The notes: generated by a model not told the origin, from the sequence alone. 64,000 nt of DNA from Paeniglutamicibacter sp. R2-26 (GCF_051550675.1 NZ_JBPULF010000002.1:441879-505878); one strand, 5' to 3'. Positions 27,014 through 36,181 are shown, numbered from the stretch's first letter. Numbers and translations are program-made.

Positions 27014-28440
27014 ACCAGCACCCGAAAGGCACCGCCGGCACCCGCCTGGAGCGCGATTCCCTGGGCGAACGGGAGGTTCCGGCCGACGCCTACTGGGGCA
27101 TCAGCACGCTCCGGGCCATCGAGAACTTCCCGGTCAGCGGCCGCCCGGTGGGCAGCCTGCGCTCGCTGGTCAGCGCCTTCGGCGCCCTCAAGTGCGCCGC
27201 GGCCAGGGCCAACGCCGCCCTGGGCCTGCTTGATCCGCCACGGGCGGCCGCCATCGAACTGGCGGCCCTGGAGGTGCGCGACGGCGCGCTGGACGAGCAT
27301 TTCCCCGTCGACCGCATCCAGGGCGGGGCCGGCACCAGCACCAACATGAACGTCAACGAGGTCATTGCCAACCGGGCCCTGGAGATCCTCGGCTTCGCCA
27401 AGGGCGACTACCGCGAGCTGGACCCGATCGACCACGTCAACCGCAGCCAAAGCACCAACGACACCTACCCGACAGCCGTGAAGATCTCCCTGCTCTCGGC
27501 GCTGGAGGACTACCGCACCGAGCACCGGCTCCTGGCGGACTCCTTCGCCGCCCGGGGAACCCGCTTCGCGGGGATCGTGAAGGTCGGGCGGACCCAACTG
27601 CAGGATGCCGTGCCGATGACGCTGGGCCAGGAGTTCGCGGCGTTCGCCGAGACGCTGCGCGAGGACCTGCAGCGGCTGGCCGAACTCGTGCCGCACCTGC
27701 TGGAAATCAACCTCGGCGCCACGGCCATCGGCACCGGCATCACCGCCCACCCGGAGTACCGCGCGCTTGCCGTCCGGGAGCTGGGCCGGCTGACGGGGCT
27801 GGAACTGGTCTCCGCGAAGGACCTGATCGAGGCAACCTCCGACACCGGTGTGTTCATGCTCCTTTCCGGCGTGCTGAAACGCTCGGCCATCAAGCTCTCG
27901 AAGATCTGCAACGACCTGAGGCTGCTGTCCTCGGGGCCGCAGGCCGGTTTCAACGAGATCATCCTGCCCGCGGTCCAGGCCGGCTCCTCGATCATGCCCG
28001 GGAAGGTCAACCCGGTGATCCCGGAGGTCGTGAACCAAGTGGCGTTCCGGGTCGTCGGTGCCGATGCAACCGTCACCATGGCGGCCGAGGCGGGGCAGCT
28101 GCAACTCAATGCCTTCGAACCGGTGATGGCCGATTGCCTGCTCGAATCCATGCAGTGGCTCACCGCGGCCTGCCACACGCTGCGCACCAGGTGCGTCGAC
28201 GGCATCGAGGCCAACGAGCCCGTGCTGGCCAGGCGCATGGAGGAATCGGTCAGCGTCGTCACGGGCATGGCGCCGCTCATCGGCTACGCCGCGGCCGCCA
28301 TGCTGGCCAAGGAATCCCTGGCCACCGGGCGCAGCGTCAGGGAGCTCGTTCTCGACCGCGGGCTCCTCGGGGCAGACAGGCTGGACGCCCTGCTCTCCCC
28401 CGCGGTGCTGGCGGGACTGCCCGCCCCCGCATCCCCGTAG
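27010..28440 (+). CDS. aspA: aspartate ammonia-lyase (aspartase/fumarase class II family)
   Basis: Signature GSSIMPGKVNP. Fumarate-lyase N and C domains. ATGA overlap with the M20 gene stop. Confidence 0.85.
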   Translation: MNQHPKGTAGTRLERDSLGEREVPADAYWGISTLRAIENFPVSGRPVGSLRSLVSAFGALKCAAARANAALGLLDPPRAAAIELAALEVRDGALDEHFPVDRIQGGAGTSTNMNVNEVIANRALEILGFAKGDYRELDPIDHVNRSQSTNDTYPTAVKISLLSALEDYRTEHRLLADSFAARGTRFAGIVKVGRTQLQDAVPMTLGQEFAAFAETLREDLQRLAELVPHLLEINLGATAIGTGITAHPEYRALAVRELGRLTGLELVSAKDLIEATSDTGVFMLLSGVLKRSAIKLSKICNDLRLLSSGPQAGFNEIILPAVQAGSSIMPGKVNPVIPEVVNQVAFRVVGADATVTMAAEAGQLQLNAFEPVMADCLLESMQWLTAACHTLRTRCVDGIEANEPVLARRMEESVSVVTGMAPLIGYAAAAMLAKESLATGRSVRELVLDRGLLGADRLDALLSPAVLAGLPAPASP

Positions 28441-28613
28441 CCTGCGGCGGGACCCACCGTGCCCTGCCGATTCATATCTAAAAAATCGATGCAATCGAAC
28501 GAGAACAAATGTTTGAACGATGCCGCGAAATGCGGTTTCGTGAATGTATTCCGATGGACAAAACACCTGCCGCATCGCAGCGGACAAGACTACCTAGAAC
28601 AATGGAGGTTGGC

Positions 28614-29945
28614 ATGTCGAACCAAGAGACCGAGGTCTTGATTGTCGGCGCAGGCCAGGCCGGAGTGGCCATGAGCGAGCACCTGGGCGCGCGAGGCATC
28701 CCGCACCTCGTCCTGGAACGGGACCGCATCGCCGAACGCTGGCGCACCGGGCGATGGGACTCCCTGGTGGCCAACGGGCCTGCCTGGCACGACCGCTTCC
28801 CCGGCATGGAGTTCGACGACGTGTCCCCCGACGGGTTCGCCCCCAAGGACCGCGTCGCGGAGTACTTCGAGGCCTACGCCGCGAAGTTCGATGCCCCCAT
28901 CCGTTGCGGCGTCGAGGTGACAAACGTGCGCCGGAACACCGGAAAGCCCGGTTTCCACGTCGAAACCACCGACGGAACCATCAACGCCCGCTACGTGGTG
29001 GCCGCGACGGGTCCCTTCCAGCGGCCGCTGGTTCCCGCGGTCGTCCCGGACGACTCCGGGTTGGTGCAGCTGCACTCCAGCTCCTACCGCAATCCGCAGC
29101 AGCTGCCGGAGGGCGGTGTCATGGTGGTCGGCGCCGGATCCTCCGGGGTGCAGATCGCCGAGGAACTTCGCCGCTCGGGCCGGCCCGTCGTCCTCTCGGT
29201 CGGGCCGCACGACCGCCCGCCGCGCCAGTACCGCGGCAAGGACTTCTGCTGGTGGCTCGGGGTCCTGGACAAGTGGTCGGCCTCGGCGCCTCCCAAGGGA
29301 GCCGAACACGTCACCATCGCCGTCAGCGGCGCCAACGGCGGGCACACCGTGGATTTCCGGGCCCTCGCCGCGCGCGGCATCAAGCTGGTCGGCCGCACCG
29401 AGTCGTACGCGGACGGAACCATGGCCTTCGCGCCGGACCTGGCGCGGAACATCGCCAACGGCGACGCCAACTACCTTTCGGTGCTGGACGAGGCTGACGC
29501 CTACATCCTCCGCAACGGCCTGGACTTCCCGGAGGAACCGGAGGCCAGGATCCTGGCCGACGACCCGGCCGACCTGACGGACCCCACCCTTGCGCTCGAC
29601 CTTGCGGAAGCCGGAATCACCTCCATCGTCTGGGCCACCGGATTCGCCCTCGACTACGGCTGGTTGCCGGCCGACGCCGTCGACGCCAACGGGCGGCCCA
29701 GGCACCAGCGCGGGGTGTCCACGGAAACCGGGATCTACTTCCTGGGCCTGCCCTGGCAGTCACACCGCGGATCGAGCTTCATCTGGGGAGTCTGGCACGA
29801 CGCCAAGTACCTGGCCGAGCAGATCACCATCCAGCGCGGCTATCTGAAACACCTGGCCGATGAGCCGCTGCGTCCCGGACAGCTCGCCTCCGGCCCCGCC
29901 GCCGACCCCCTCGATGAGGGCGCCGCGGTACCCCAGGCGGTCTGA
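28614..29945 (+). CDS. flavin-containing (class B) monooxygenase
   Basis: Two dinucleotide-binding motifs (VLIVGAGQAG near N-terminus and MVVGAGSSGVQ). RBS GGAGG 9 nt before ATG 28614. ORFs starting at 28509 and 28602 are less likely. Confidence 0.75.
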   Translation: MSNQETEVLIVGAGQAGVAMSEHLGARGIPHLVLERDRIAERWRTGRWDSLVANGPAWHDRFPGMEFDDVSPDGFAPKDRVAEYFEAYAAKFDAPIRCGVEVTNVRRNTGKPGFHVETTDGTINARYVVAATGPFQRPLVPAVVPDDSGLVQLHSSSYRNPQQLPEGGVMVVGAGSSGVQIAEELRRSGRPVVLSVGPHDRPPRQYRGKDFCWWLGVLDKWSASAPPKGAEHVTIAVSGANGGHTVDFRALAARGIKLVGRTESYADGTMAFAPDLARNIANGDANYLSVLDEADAYILRNGLDFPEEPEARILADDPADLTDPTLALDLAEAGITSIVWATGFALDYGWLPADAVDANGRPRHQRGVSTETGIYFLGLPWQSHRGSSFIWGVWHDAKYLAEQITIQRGYLKHLADEPLRPGQLASGPAADPLDEGAAVPQAV

Positions 29946-29979
29946 GGATCCGGCGGCGCCGTCAACGTCCCGCCCGAGG

Positions 29980-30027
29980 CACCACGCCACAGCGCACCCC
30001 CGCCGGGGGCAGCCCTGCGGCGTGGTG
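29980..30027 (+). terminator. complex GC hairpin after the monooxygenase gene
   Basis: CACCACGCC…GGCGTGGTG outer stem enclosing a CCCCCGCCGGGGG near-palindrome. Confidence 0.45.
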
Positions 30028-30160
30028 CTTCTGCGTTTCGGCCTCGAACACACAGGCCAACGTTTCCGTCGCACACGAAGCACCGGGCGATTCAAATAAC
30101 GTAACCGATCGACAAGGTAAATATCTTAGGTTAGCCTTACTTCATCGCTTTGCTGGCGTT

Positions 30161-30203
30161 AGGCCGGCGGACGGGGCTTTCGCAGTGGTCCCTCCGCCGG
30201 CCT
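30161..30203 (+). promoter_or_regulatory. stable 11-bp stem hairpin in the 5' leader of the small His/Tyr-rich protein gene
   Basis: AGGCCGGCGGA-(21-nt loop)-TCCGCCGGCCT, 25 nt upstream of ATG 30228. Preceded by an AT-rich segment (30094-30160). Confidence 0.45.
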
Positions 30204-30227
30204 CCTCACTAGATCAGGAAGTACCCG

Positions 30228-30542
30228 ATGGAAGCCATCTTGTTCCCGACGCACATCAACCAGGAACACGAGTATGGCGTGGCCAGCCACTACCTGGTCG
30301 GCACCGAGTTCTACCCGAGCGCACACAACCAGCGCGACCCGTACGCGCTGCCCAGCTACGAAATCGTCGGGCACTGGGTCTACCCGACCCCCTACAACCC
30401 CCACGCCAGCCACGAGTACCCGATGTTCATGTTCGCCGAGGAGCACCTGGTTTCCACCGGGCACGGAGGGGCCCCCGCGGGCCTGCCCATGTACGAAATC
30501 CACTGCACCTGCCCCGGCCACAGCTCCCCGTTCTACGCGTAG
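30228..30542 (+). CDS. hypothetical small His/Tyr/Pro-rich protein (104 aa) with C-terminal HCTCPGH motif
   Basis: RBS AGGAAG 8 nt upstream. GC3 above 90%, so genuine coding. 11 His, 10 Tyr and 12 Pro residues. No signal peptide and no recognised domain. Confidence 0.6.
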   Translation: MEAILFPTHINQEHEYGVASHYLVGTEFYPSAHNQRDPYALPSYEIVGHWVYPTPYNPHASHEYPMFMFAEEHLVSTGHGGAPAGLPMYEIHCTCPGHSSPFYA

Positions 30543-30712
30543 GCGGGCCGCCGCCGGTACGACCATGCTGCGGCCCGGCGCTAACTCAAAGGCCTTGACC
30601 AACAGTGCTTCCGCGGGTCGACGTGGAACATTGCGGGAACAGCAAATGCCGTGCACCCCTCACTTTCCCCAGTAGGCTGAATAGTTAATCCCTTCGACGG
30701 AAAGAAAGCCCG

Positions 30713-31189
30713 ATGCTCGCATTCGCAGTGATCGGAGGCATCGGCCTCCTGCTCCTGATCCTTTCCATGACCCTGGGAGAGATGTTCGACCTCTTCGACG
30801 GGTTCATCTCCACCACCGCGGTCGGTGCGGCCGCCACGCTCTTCGGGGCCGCGGGCGCGATAGTGCTGCTCAACGACGGCCCCCTGTTCCTGGCCTACAT
30901 CGCCGGCTCCGTCCTGGGGGCCATCGCCATCGTGTGCGTGGCACTGCTTGCCCGGAAGATGGCCAGCATTTCGAACGCGCAGCCCCACGAGGTCATCGGG
31001 CTCCTGGGCGTCGCCACCACGGACATCAACGACGTCATCGGAAAGGTCCAGCTGAACCACCCCGATGAAATCAACCAGCGCCTCGCATTCTCAACCAGCC
31101 CCATCGAGCGGGGCACACCCATTGCCGTCGTCGCCATTGTCGGGGACCGCATCAGGGTCGCATCCACCTCTGAACTGAACGGAGCCTAA
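30713..31189 (+). CDS. NfeD-family membrane protein (flotillin-associated)
   Basis: N-terminal TM helices plus C-terminal OB-fold-like soluble part. Directly precedes an SPFH/flotillin gene (4-nt gap). Confidence 0.75.
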   Translation: MLAFAVIGGIGLLLLILSMTLGEMFDLFDGFISTTAVGAAATLFGAAGAIVLLNDGPLFLAYIAGSVLGAIAIVCVALLARKMASISNAQPHEVIGLLGVATTDINDVIGKVQLNHPDEINQRLAFSTSPIERGTPIAVVAIVGDRIRVASTSELNGA

Positions 31190-31192
31190 CCC

Positions 31193-32809
31193 ATGGATTT
31201 TGCCGCAAACGGAACGGTCATCGCCGTCGCAGCGATCCTCGCCGTCCTCATTGCCCTCGTCTGGTACGCCACCACCCGCCTTGTCACGGTGGCCCCCAAC
31301 CAGGCGGTCATTCGCGCGGGCAAGGGCGCGAAGGGCCAGGTGCAGATCTTCACCAAGGGCATTGTGCTTTTCCTGCCGGTCATCCACCAGAAGTACGTGA
31401 TGTCCCTTGAACAGCGCCAGGTTGAACTCGCCGTGGAAGGCGTTGACAAGAACTTCATCACCACCTCGGTGACGGCCAGCCTGAACTTCAAGTTCGACGA
31501 CTCGGTCGAGGGCATGAGCAAGGCCGTCCAGCGCTTCCTCACTCACTCCAAGGAGGACCTGAACGCCTCGGTGACGAAGTCTGCCGAAGGCGTGCTGCGC
31601 GGCATCGTCTCGGCCATGTCGGTCGAGGACGCAAACAACAACCGCAAGGAATTCCAGGACCAGTCCCTGGAGTCCGCCGTCACCCAGTTCGCCGAGCAGG
31701 GCATCCAGATCGATGCCTTCAACATCTCTTCGGTCAGCACCCCGTCGCGCACCGTGGTCGGCCCGGACAACAAGCCGACCACCATCGACTACCTGGAGGA
31801 AGTCGGCAAGCCGGGCCTGGAGCGCGCCAAGCGCGAGGCCCGCATCGCCACGTCCAAGGCCTTCCAGGAATCCGAAGCCGCCCGCATCGAGCAGGAAGCC
31901 GCAACGGCCGCCCTGGCCCGCGACCTCGCCATCAAGAAGTCCGAGTTCAAGGCCGAGGAGGACCGCGCCGCGGCCATCGCCAGCTCGGCCCACGAGCTGG
32001 CCAAGGCGGAGCAGGACGTCCTGGTGGCGGAGCTCGAACGCAAGGCACTGGCCGAAAAGGCCCTCGTGGAGCAGGAACGCCTGGACATCGAGGTCCACAA
32101 GCCGGCCGACGCCCAGGCGTACAAGCTGCGCACCGAGGCGCAGGCCAAGCGCGATGCCGACGTCTTCAACGCAACGGCCCGTTCCGAGTCCAAGGCCATC
32201 GAGGCCGACGGCGCCAAGCGCGCATCCATCGCCGATGCCGAGGCCCGCGCGGCAGCCCAGACGGTGGAGGCAGAAGCCTCGAAGAACGCCGAGGTGTTCC
32301 GCGCCCAGGGCCAGGCCACCGCCGTGGAACTGAACGCCAAGGCCGAAGCGACGGCCGTTGAGTACAACGCCAAGGCCGAGGCCGACGCCATCCGCCTGCG
32401 CGGCGAGGCCGAGGGCGCGTCCATCGCCGCCATCGGCGCGGCAACCGCCTCGGCGGAGGATGCAAAGGCCACGGCACTGACCGGCCACACCCAGGCCAGC
32501 CTGGCGTTCCTGGCGATCAGCGCACTCCCGGAGGTCGTCAAGGCCAGCTCGGATGCGATGTCGGGCATCGACAACTACACGGTCATCAGCTCGGACGGCG
32601 CCTCGGATGCCGTCAAACAGGCGAACCGCGTCGTCACCGAAGGCCTGGCCATGATCAAGGCCGGCTCCGGCGTGGACCTCGGCGAGATGCTGTCGGGTCT
32701 GCTCGGCGGCGGAGCGAAGCCCGTCGCCCCGGCGAACGACACGCCGGTTGCCGCAGCAGAGCCCCAGGGCGACACCAAGCTCGAAACCCCTGTCTTCGAG
32801 CAGAACTAG
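31193..32809 (+). CDS. flotillin-like SPFH/Band-7 domain protein
   Basis: N-terminal TM plus SPFH domain (NQAVIRAGKGAKGQVQIF…), followed by a long Ala/Glu-rich coiled-coil with EA repeats. 538 aa. Confidence 0.85.
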   Translation: MDFAANGTVIAVAAILAVLIALVWYATTRLVTVAPNQAVIRAGKGAKGQVQIFTKGIVLFLPVIHQKYVMSLEQRQVELAVEGVDKNFITTSVTASLNFKFDDSVEGMSKAVQRFLTHSKEDLNASVTKSAEGVLRGIVSAMSVEDANNNRKEFQDQSLESAVTQFAEQGIQIDAFNISSVSTPSRTVVGPDNKPTTIDYLEEVGKPGLERAKREARIATSKAFQESEAARIEQEAATAALARDLAIKKSEFKAEEDRAAAIASSAHELAKAEQDVLVAELERKALAEKALVEQERLDIEVHKPADAQAYKLRTEAQAKRDADVFNATARSESKAIEADGAKRASIADAEARAAAQTVEAEASKNAEVFRAQGQATAVELNAKAEATAVEYNAKAEADAIRLRGEAEGASIAAIGAATASAEDAKATALTGHTQASLAFLAISALPEVVKASSDAMSGIDNYTVISSDGASDAVKQANRVVTEGLAMIKAGSGVDLGEMLSGLLGGGAKPVAPANDTPVAAAEPQGDTKLETPVFEQN

Positions 32810-32817
32810 CCGGCAAT

Positions 32818-32855
32818 ACACGACGCCCGGCCGGGTTTCCGGCCGGGCGTCGTGT
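32818..32855. terminator. bidirectional 17-bp hairpin between convergent flotillin and hydrolase genes
   Basis: ACACGACGCCCGGCCGG-gttt-CCGGCCGGGCGTCGTGT. Confidence 0.7.
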
Positions 32856-32884
32856 GTTCCTGCGGACCCGGAGCCGGCCGCAAG

Positions 32885-33685
32885 CTAGCCCAGGGTCTGC
32901 AGGAACGCCGCAATGTCCTCGGCGACACGCCCGGGCTGTTCCCAGAGGACCAGGTGTCCGGTGTTCGCGTAGACCACGAGCCGCGAACCGGGGATCGCCG
33001 CCGCCAGCCCGTCCTGCTGGGCCCGCGGCAGGACTCCGTCCCGCTCGCCCCACAGGATGAGCGTGGGGCACTCGATGCTCCCGGCTTCTGTCGGCGGCAT
33101 CGCGCCGCAGAGCCCGTCGAGGGTCCCGCCCCAGACCTGGGCGGGGATGTTGGCACCGTCCCGGATCCGGTCCTCGAGGTACCACTGCGGAACCGGGGTG
33201 GCACAGGGGAACCAGGAAAGGGACTTGCGAACCCATCCGGGATCCACGGGATCACCGAGGGACTCGACCTCGCCGGCAAAGTCCGGCCGGCCCCGCAGGC
33301 TGAGCGGGGAACCGACCAGCACCAGGGCAGCCACTCGATCCGGCGCGGCAACCGCAACCTGCTGGGCGACGTAGCCCCCGCTCGACGATCCCACCACGAC
33401 TGCCGATTCGAATCCGATGGCATCGATGAACCCCACGACGTCCGCGGCCATCGCGCCCAGCGAGTACCCCGCCGACGGCTTCTCCGACTGCCCGTGGCCC
33501 CGCTGGTCGACGGCCGCCACACGCACCGAGGCGGGAAGCAACGGCAGGAGCCTGTCAAAGGATCGGCGTGTTTCGCCCCAGGCGTGCAGCAACAGGACGG
33601 GCCTGCCTCCCTCCGGGCCGGCCATCGCATAGGAGAGCCCGGTGCCGTCGGGCAACACGGCCCGCAACGTCTTTTCCGCGTTCAC
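32885..33685 (-). CDS. alpha/beta-fold hydrolase
   Basis: Nucleophile elbow GSSSGG and the oxyanion-hole HAWG region. 266 aa. Confidence 0.8.
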   Translation of the reverse strand: MNAEKTLRAVLPDGTGLSYAMAGPEGGRPVLLLHAWGETRRSFDRLLPLLPASVRVAAVDQRGHGQSEKPSAGYSLGAMAADVVGFIDAIGFESAVVVGSSSGGYVAQQVAVAAPDRVAALVLVGSPLSLRGRPDFAGEVESLGDPVDPGWVRKSLSWFPCATPVPQWYLEDRIRDGANIPAQVWGGTLDGLCGAMPPTEAGSIECPTLILWGERDGVLPRAQQDGLAAAIPGSRLVVYANTGHLVLWEQPGRVAEDIAAFLQTLG

Positions 33686-33735
33686 GGTGCAACCTTAACC
33701 CCGCGGGGACCCGGTGCCTGCGTAGGATTGAGCGC

Positions 33736-34284
33736 ATGCTGACCCAAGACGGAAAGCGGGAGACCATCCTCACCGCATACCTGAACCTGCTCGTGGACCA
33801 GGGGACCCGCGCTGCGACCCTCGATGCCGTCGGCTCCGCATGCCGGCTGTCGAAGGCCGGGGTGCTGCACCACTTTTCCTCCATGGGCGCCCTCCGGCAG
33901 GCGATCTTCGCCGAACTCGAGGCGCAGGCCGCGGAGGATGCCAACAAGATGCTTGCCGACCTGCCGAACGCCACCACCTACTACCTGGTCTCATCCCTTG
34001 ACCACGACAGTCTGCTGGAGCGCCTGATCGAGGCGGTGCACCGGCTCGCGCAGACCGGCGACGAGGTCGCCGGCGCCGTGCTGCGCACCTGCCGCAAGGG
34101 CTGGTACGAGGCCCTGCTGCTGGCGCTGGGAGATGCAACCTTAGCCAAGCTGGTCCTTTTCACCGGCTACGGCATCACCCACAACGTGCTGCTCAGCGTG
34201 GACGGCGAGCCGGAGTCGTTCCTTGACGCCTCGACCGCCACCGACATGCTCGGCCTCGTCGAGCGAATCCGCGCCGCGGCCTGA
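33736..34284 (+). CDS. TetR-family transcriptional regulator
   Basis: N-terminal HTH (TRAATLDAVGSACRLSKAGVLHHFSS). ATG 33736. Divergent from the hydrolase gene. Confidence 0.8.
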   Translation: MLTQDGKRETILTAYLNLLVDQGTRAATLDAVGSACRLSKAGVLHHFSSMGALRQAIFAELEAQAAEDANKMLADLPNATTYYLVSSLDHDSLLERLIEAVHRLAQTGDEVAGAVLRTCRKGWYEALLLALGDATLAKLVLFTGYGITHNVLLSVDGEPESFLDASTATDMLGLVERIRAAA

Positions 34285-34345
34285 CAAGCCTCCTGACGTG
34301 GGGACATGACACGCCCCACGCGAATGTGTCGCGAACCACTTGTCG

Positions 34346-34371
34346 ACCTACCAACCAGGTGGTAGGTTTTT
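34346..34371 (+). terminator. intrinsic terminator-like hairpin with T-tract
   Basis: ACCTACCA-accagg-TGGTAGGT followed by TTTT. Lies 62 nt after the tetR stop and 49 nt before the permease start. Confidence 0.5.
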
Positions 34372-34419
34372 GCCCCTAGCCACCCGTGAGGTGGATCACA
34401 CGTCCGTGGAAGGGCACGA

Positions 34420-35937
34420 ATGGACACCGCAACGCAAAGCCCCGTCATTCAGCAAGCACCACCGGTCGCCCAGGGCAAGGGCCTTGCCACGGGCAAGCTC
34501 GGCATCGCCGGCTCCACCGTGATCGGCCTCGCCTCCACGGCCCCCCTCTTCTCGCTTGCCGCGACCCTGGGCTACGTGGTGCTGGCCGTCGGGGCACAGG
34601 CTCCCATCGCCTTCATCATTGCGTTCGTCCCCATGATGTTCACGGCCTTCGCCTACCGCGAGCTCAACAGCGCGATCCCCGACTGCGGTACGGTCTTCAC
34701 CTGGGCCGCGAAGGCCTTCGGCCCGCGCACCGGCTGGTTCTCCGGTTGGGCGCTGGCGGTGGCAGGCATCTTCGTCATGGCGAACCTCGCCGAGATCTCC
34801 GCCGTCTACGTCCTGCACCTGGTCGGCGACGGCTCGTTGGCCGAAAACCGCGTCGTTGTCGTGTCCCTTGGCGCCGCCACCATCGCCGCCATGACCTACG
34901 TGTCGATGCGCGGTGTGGAACTGGGCGAAAAGGTCCAGGTGGCACTGTTGGCCATCCAATACGCCGCCATGGCCGCGTTCGTCATCGGCTGCCTCATCGG
35001 CTTCTTCAGCGGCAACGCCCCGGATGCCACGCCGATGTCCATCGACTGGTTCAACCCGATGCTTGCCGACAAGTCCGGCATGGTCCAGGCCGTCATGCTT
35101 GCCCTGTTCATCTACTGGGGCTGGGACACCTGCCTGGCCCTGAGCGAGGAAACCAAGGACCCGCAGAAGACCCCTGGCCGCGCGGCCCTGCTCTCCACCC
35201 TGCTGCTGCTTGTCACATACGTCGGCATCACCATCGCGGTCATGATGTACGCGGGCATCGGCGAGGAAGGCACGGGCCTGGCCAACGCGGAGAACGCCGA
35301 CGACGTCTTCTTCGGCCTGGCATCCCAGGCCATGGGCCCGCTGGGCTGGTTCCTGGTCATCGCCGTGGCAATCTCCGCACTGTCCTCCTCGCAGACCACC
35401 ATCCTTCCCACGGCTCGCGGCACCTTCGCCATGGGCATCTACAAGGCCCTGCCGGCCCGCTTCGCCAAGGTCAGCGAGAAGTCCCAGACACCGACGTTCT
35501 CCACCATGTTGATGGGCATCATCTCCATCGCCTACTTCGTGGGCATGAGCATGGTCAGCAACAACCTGCTGCAGGACTCGATCCTTTCGATCGGCCTGGC
35601 GATCGCACTGTTCTACGGGATCGCATCCTTCGCCTGCATCTGGTTCTTCCGCGCCACCCTCTTCACCTCGGCCCGGAACTTCTTCTACCGCTTCTTCTTC
35701 CCGCTGCTGGGCGGCGTCTTCATGGCCTGGGCATTCATCCAGTCGGCGTTCGACATGGCCGACCCGGACTACGGGTACGCAACCATCGCCGGGATCGGCT
35801 CGACCTTCGTGATCGGCTTCGGCTCACTGGCGCTGGGCCTGGTGGCAATGTTCCTCTGGTCGATGTTCCCCGAGTCCAAGCCGTTCTTCCGCCGGGAAAC
35901 CATCAACAAGGACTCCTCGGTCCTAGCCCCCGAGTAG
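34420..35937 (+). CDS. APC-family amino acid permease
   Basis: 505 aa. Paralog of the 5210..6739 gene (PDCGTVFTWAAKAFGP). Confidence 0.85.
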   Translation: MDTATQSPVIQQAPPVAQGKGLATGKLGIAGSTVIGLASTAPLFSLAATLGYVVLAVGAQAPIAFIIAFVPMMFTAFAYRELNSAIPDCGTVFTWAAKAFGPRTGWFSGWALAVAGIFVMANLAEISAVYVLHLVGDGSLAENRVVVVSLGAATIAAMTYVSMRGVELGEKVQVALLAIQYAAMAAFVIGCLIGFFSGNAPDATPMSIDWFNPMLADKSGMVQAVMLALFIYWGWDTCLALSEETKDPQKTPGRAALLSTLLLLVTYVGITIAVMMYAGIGEEGTGLANAENADDVFFGLASQAMGPLGWFLVIAVAISALSSSQTTILPTARGTFAMGIYKALPARFAKVSEKSQTPTFSTMLMGIISIAYFVGMSMVSNNLLQDSILSIGLAIALFYGIASFACIWFFRATLFTSARNFFYRFFFPLLGGVFMAWAFIQSAFDMADPDYGYATIAGIGSTFVIGFGSLALGLVAMFLWSMFPESKPFFRRETINKDSSVLAPE

Positions 35938-35996
35938 GCCCTGACTCCTGCCGCCGGGAACGCACCCGCGAACCCGGCCGCCGAAGCATGAGAACC

Positions 35997-36030
35997 GATG
36001 GAGGGCCCGCCGTACGGCGGGCCCTCCATC
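35997..36030 (+). terminator. 16-bp perfect hairpin after the APC permease
   Basis: GATGGAGGGCCCGCCG-ta-CGGCGGGCCCTCCATC. Confidence 0.7.
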
Positions 36031-36181
36031 GCTTGGTGCACCCAAACGCTTGGTAGAGGACCCTTTCCAAGGCCGGCGCCCGCTGGGGTTTCCCGTTCAG
36101 CTGGCGCACGGATTCCGCCGCCACCGGACGCGCGGCCGTCCTCCAAGGTCACGAAACCCCGCCATTGCACCGGAAAGAAGT

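Noticed and set aside
34346-34371. Hairpin + T-tract upstream of the APC permease, considered as a riboswitch or attenuator
   Set aside because: It lies 62 nt after the same-strand tetR stop and is most simply that gene's intrinsic terminator. I saw no antiterminator alternative or conserved riboswitch-like core.
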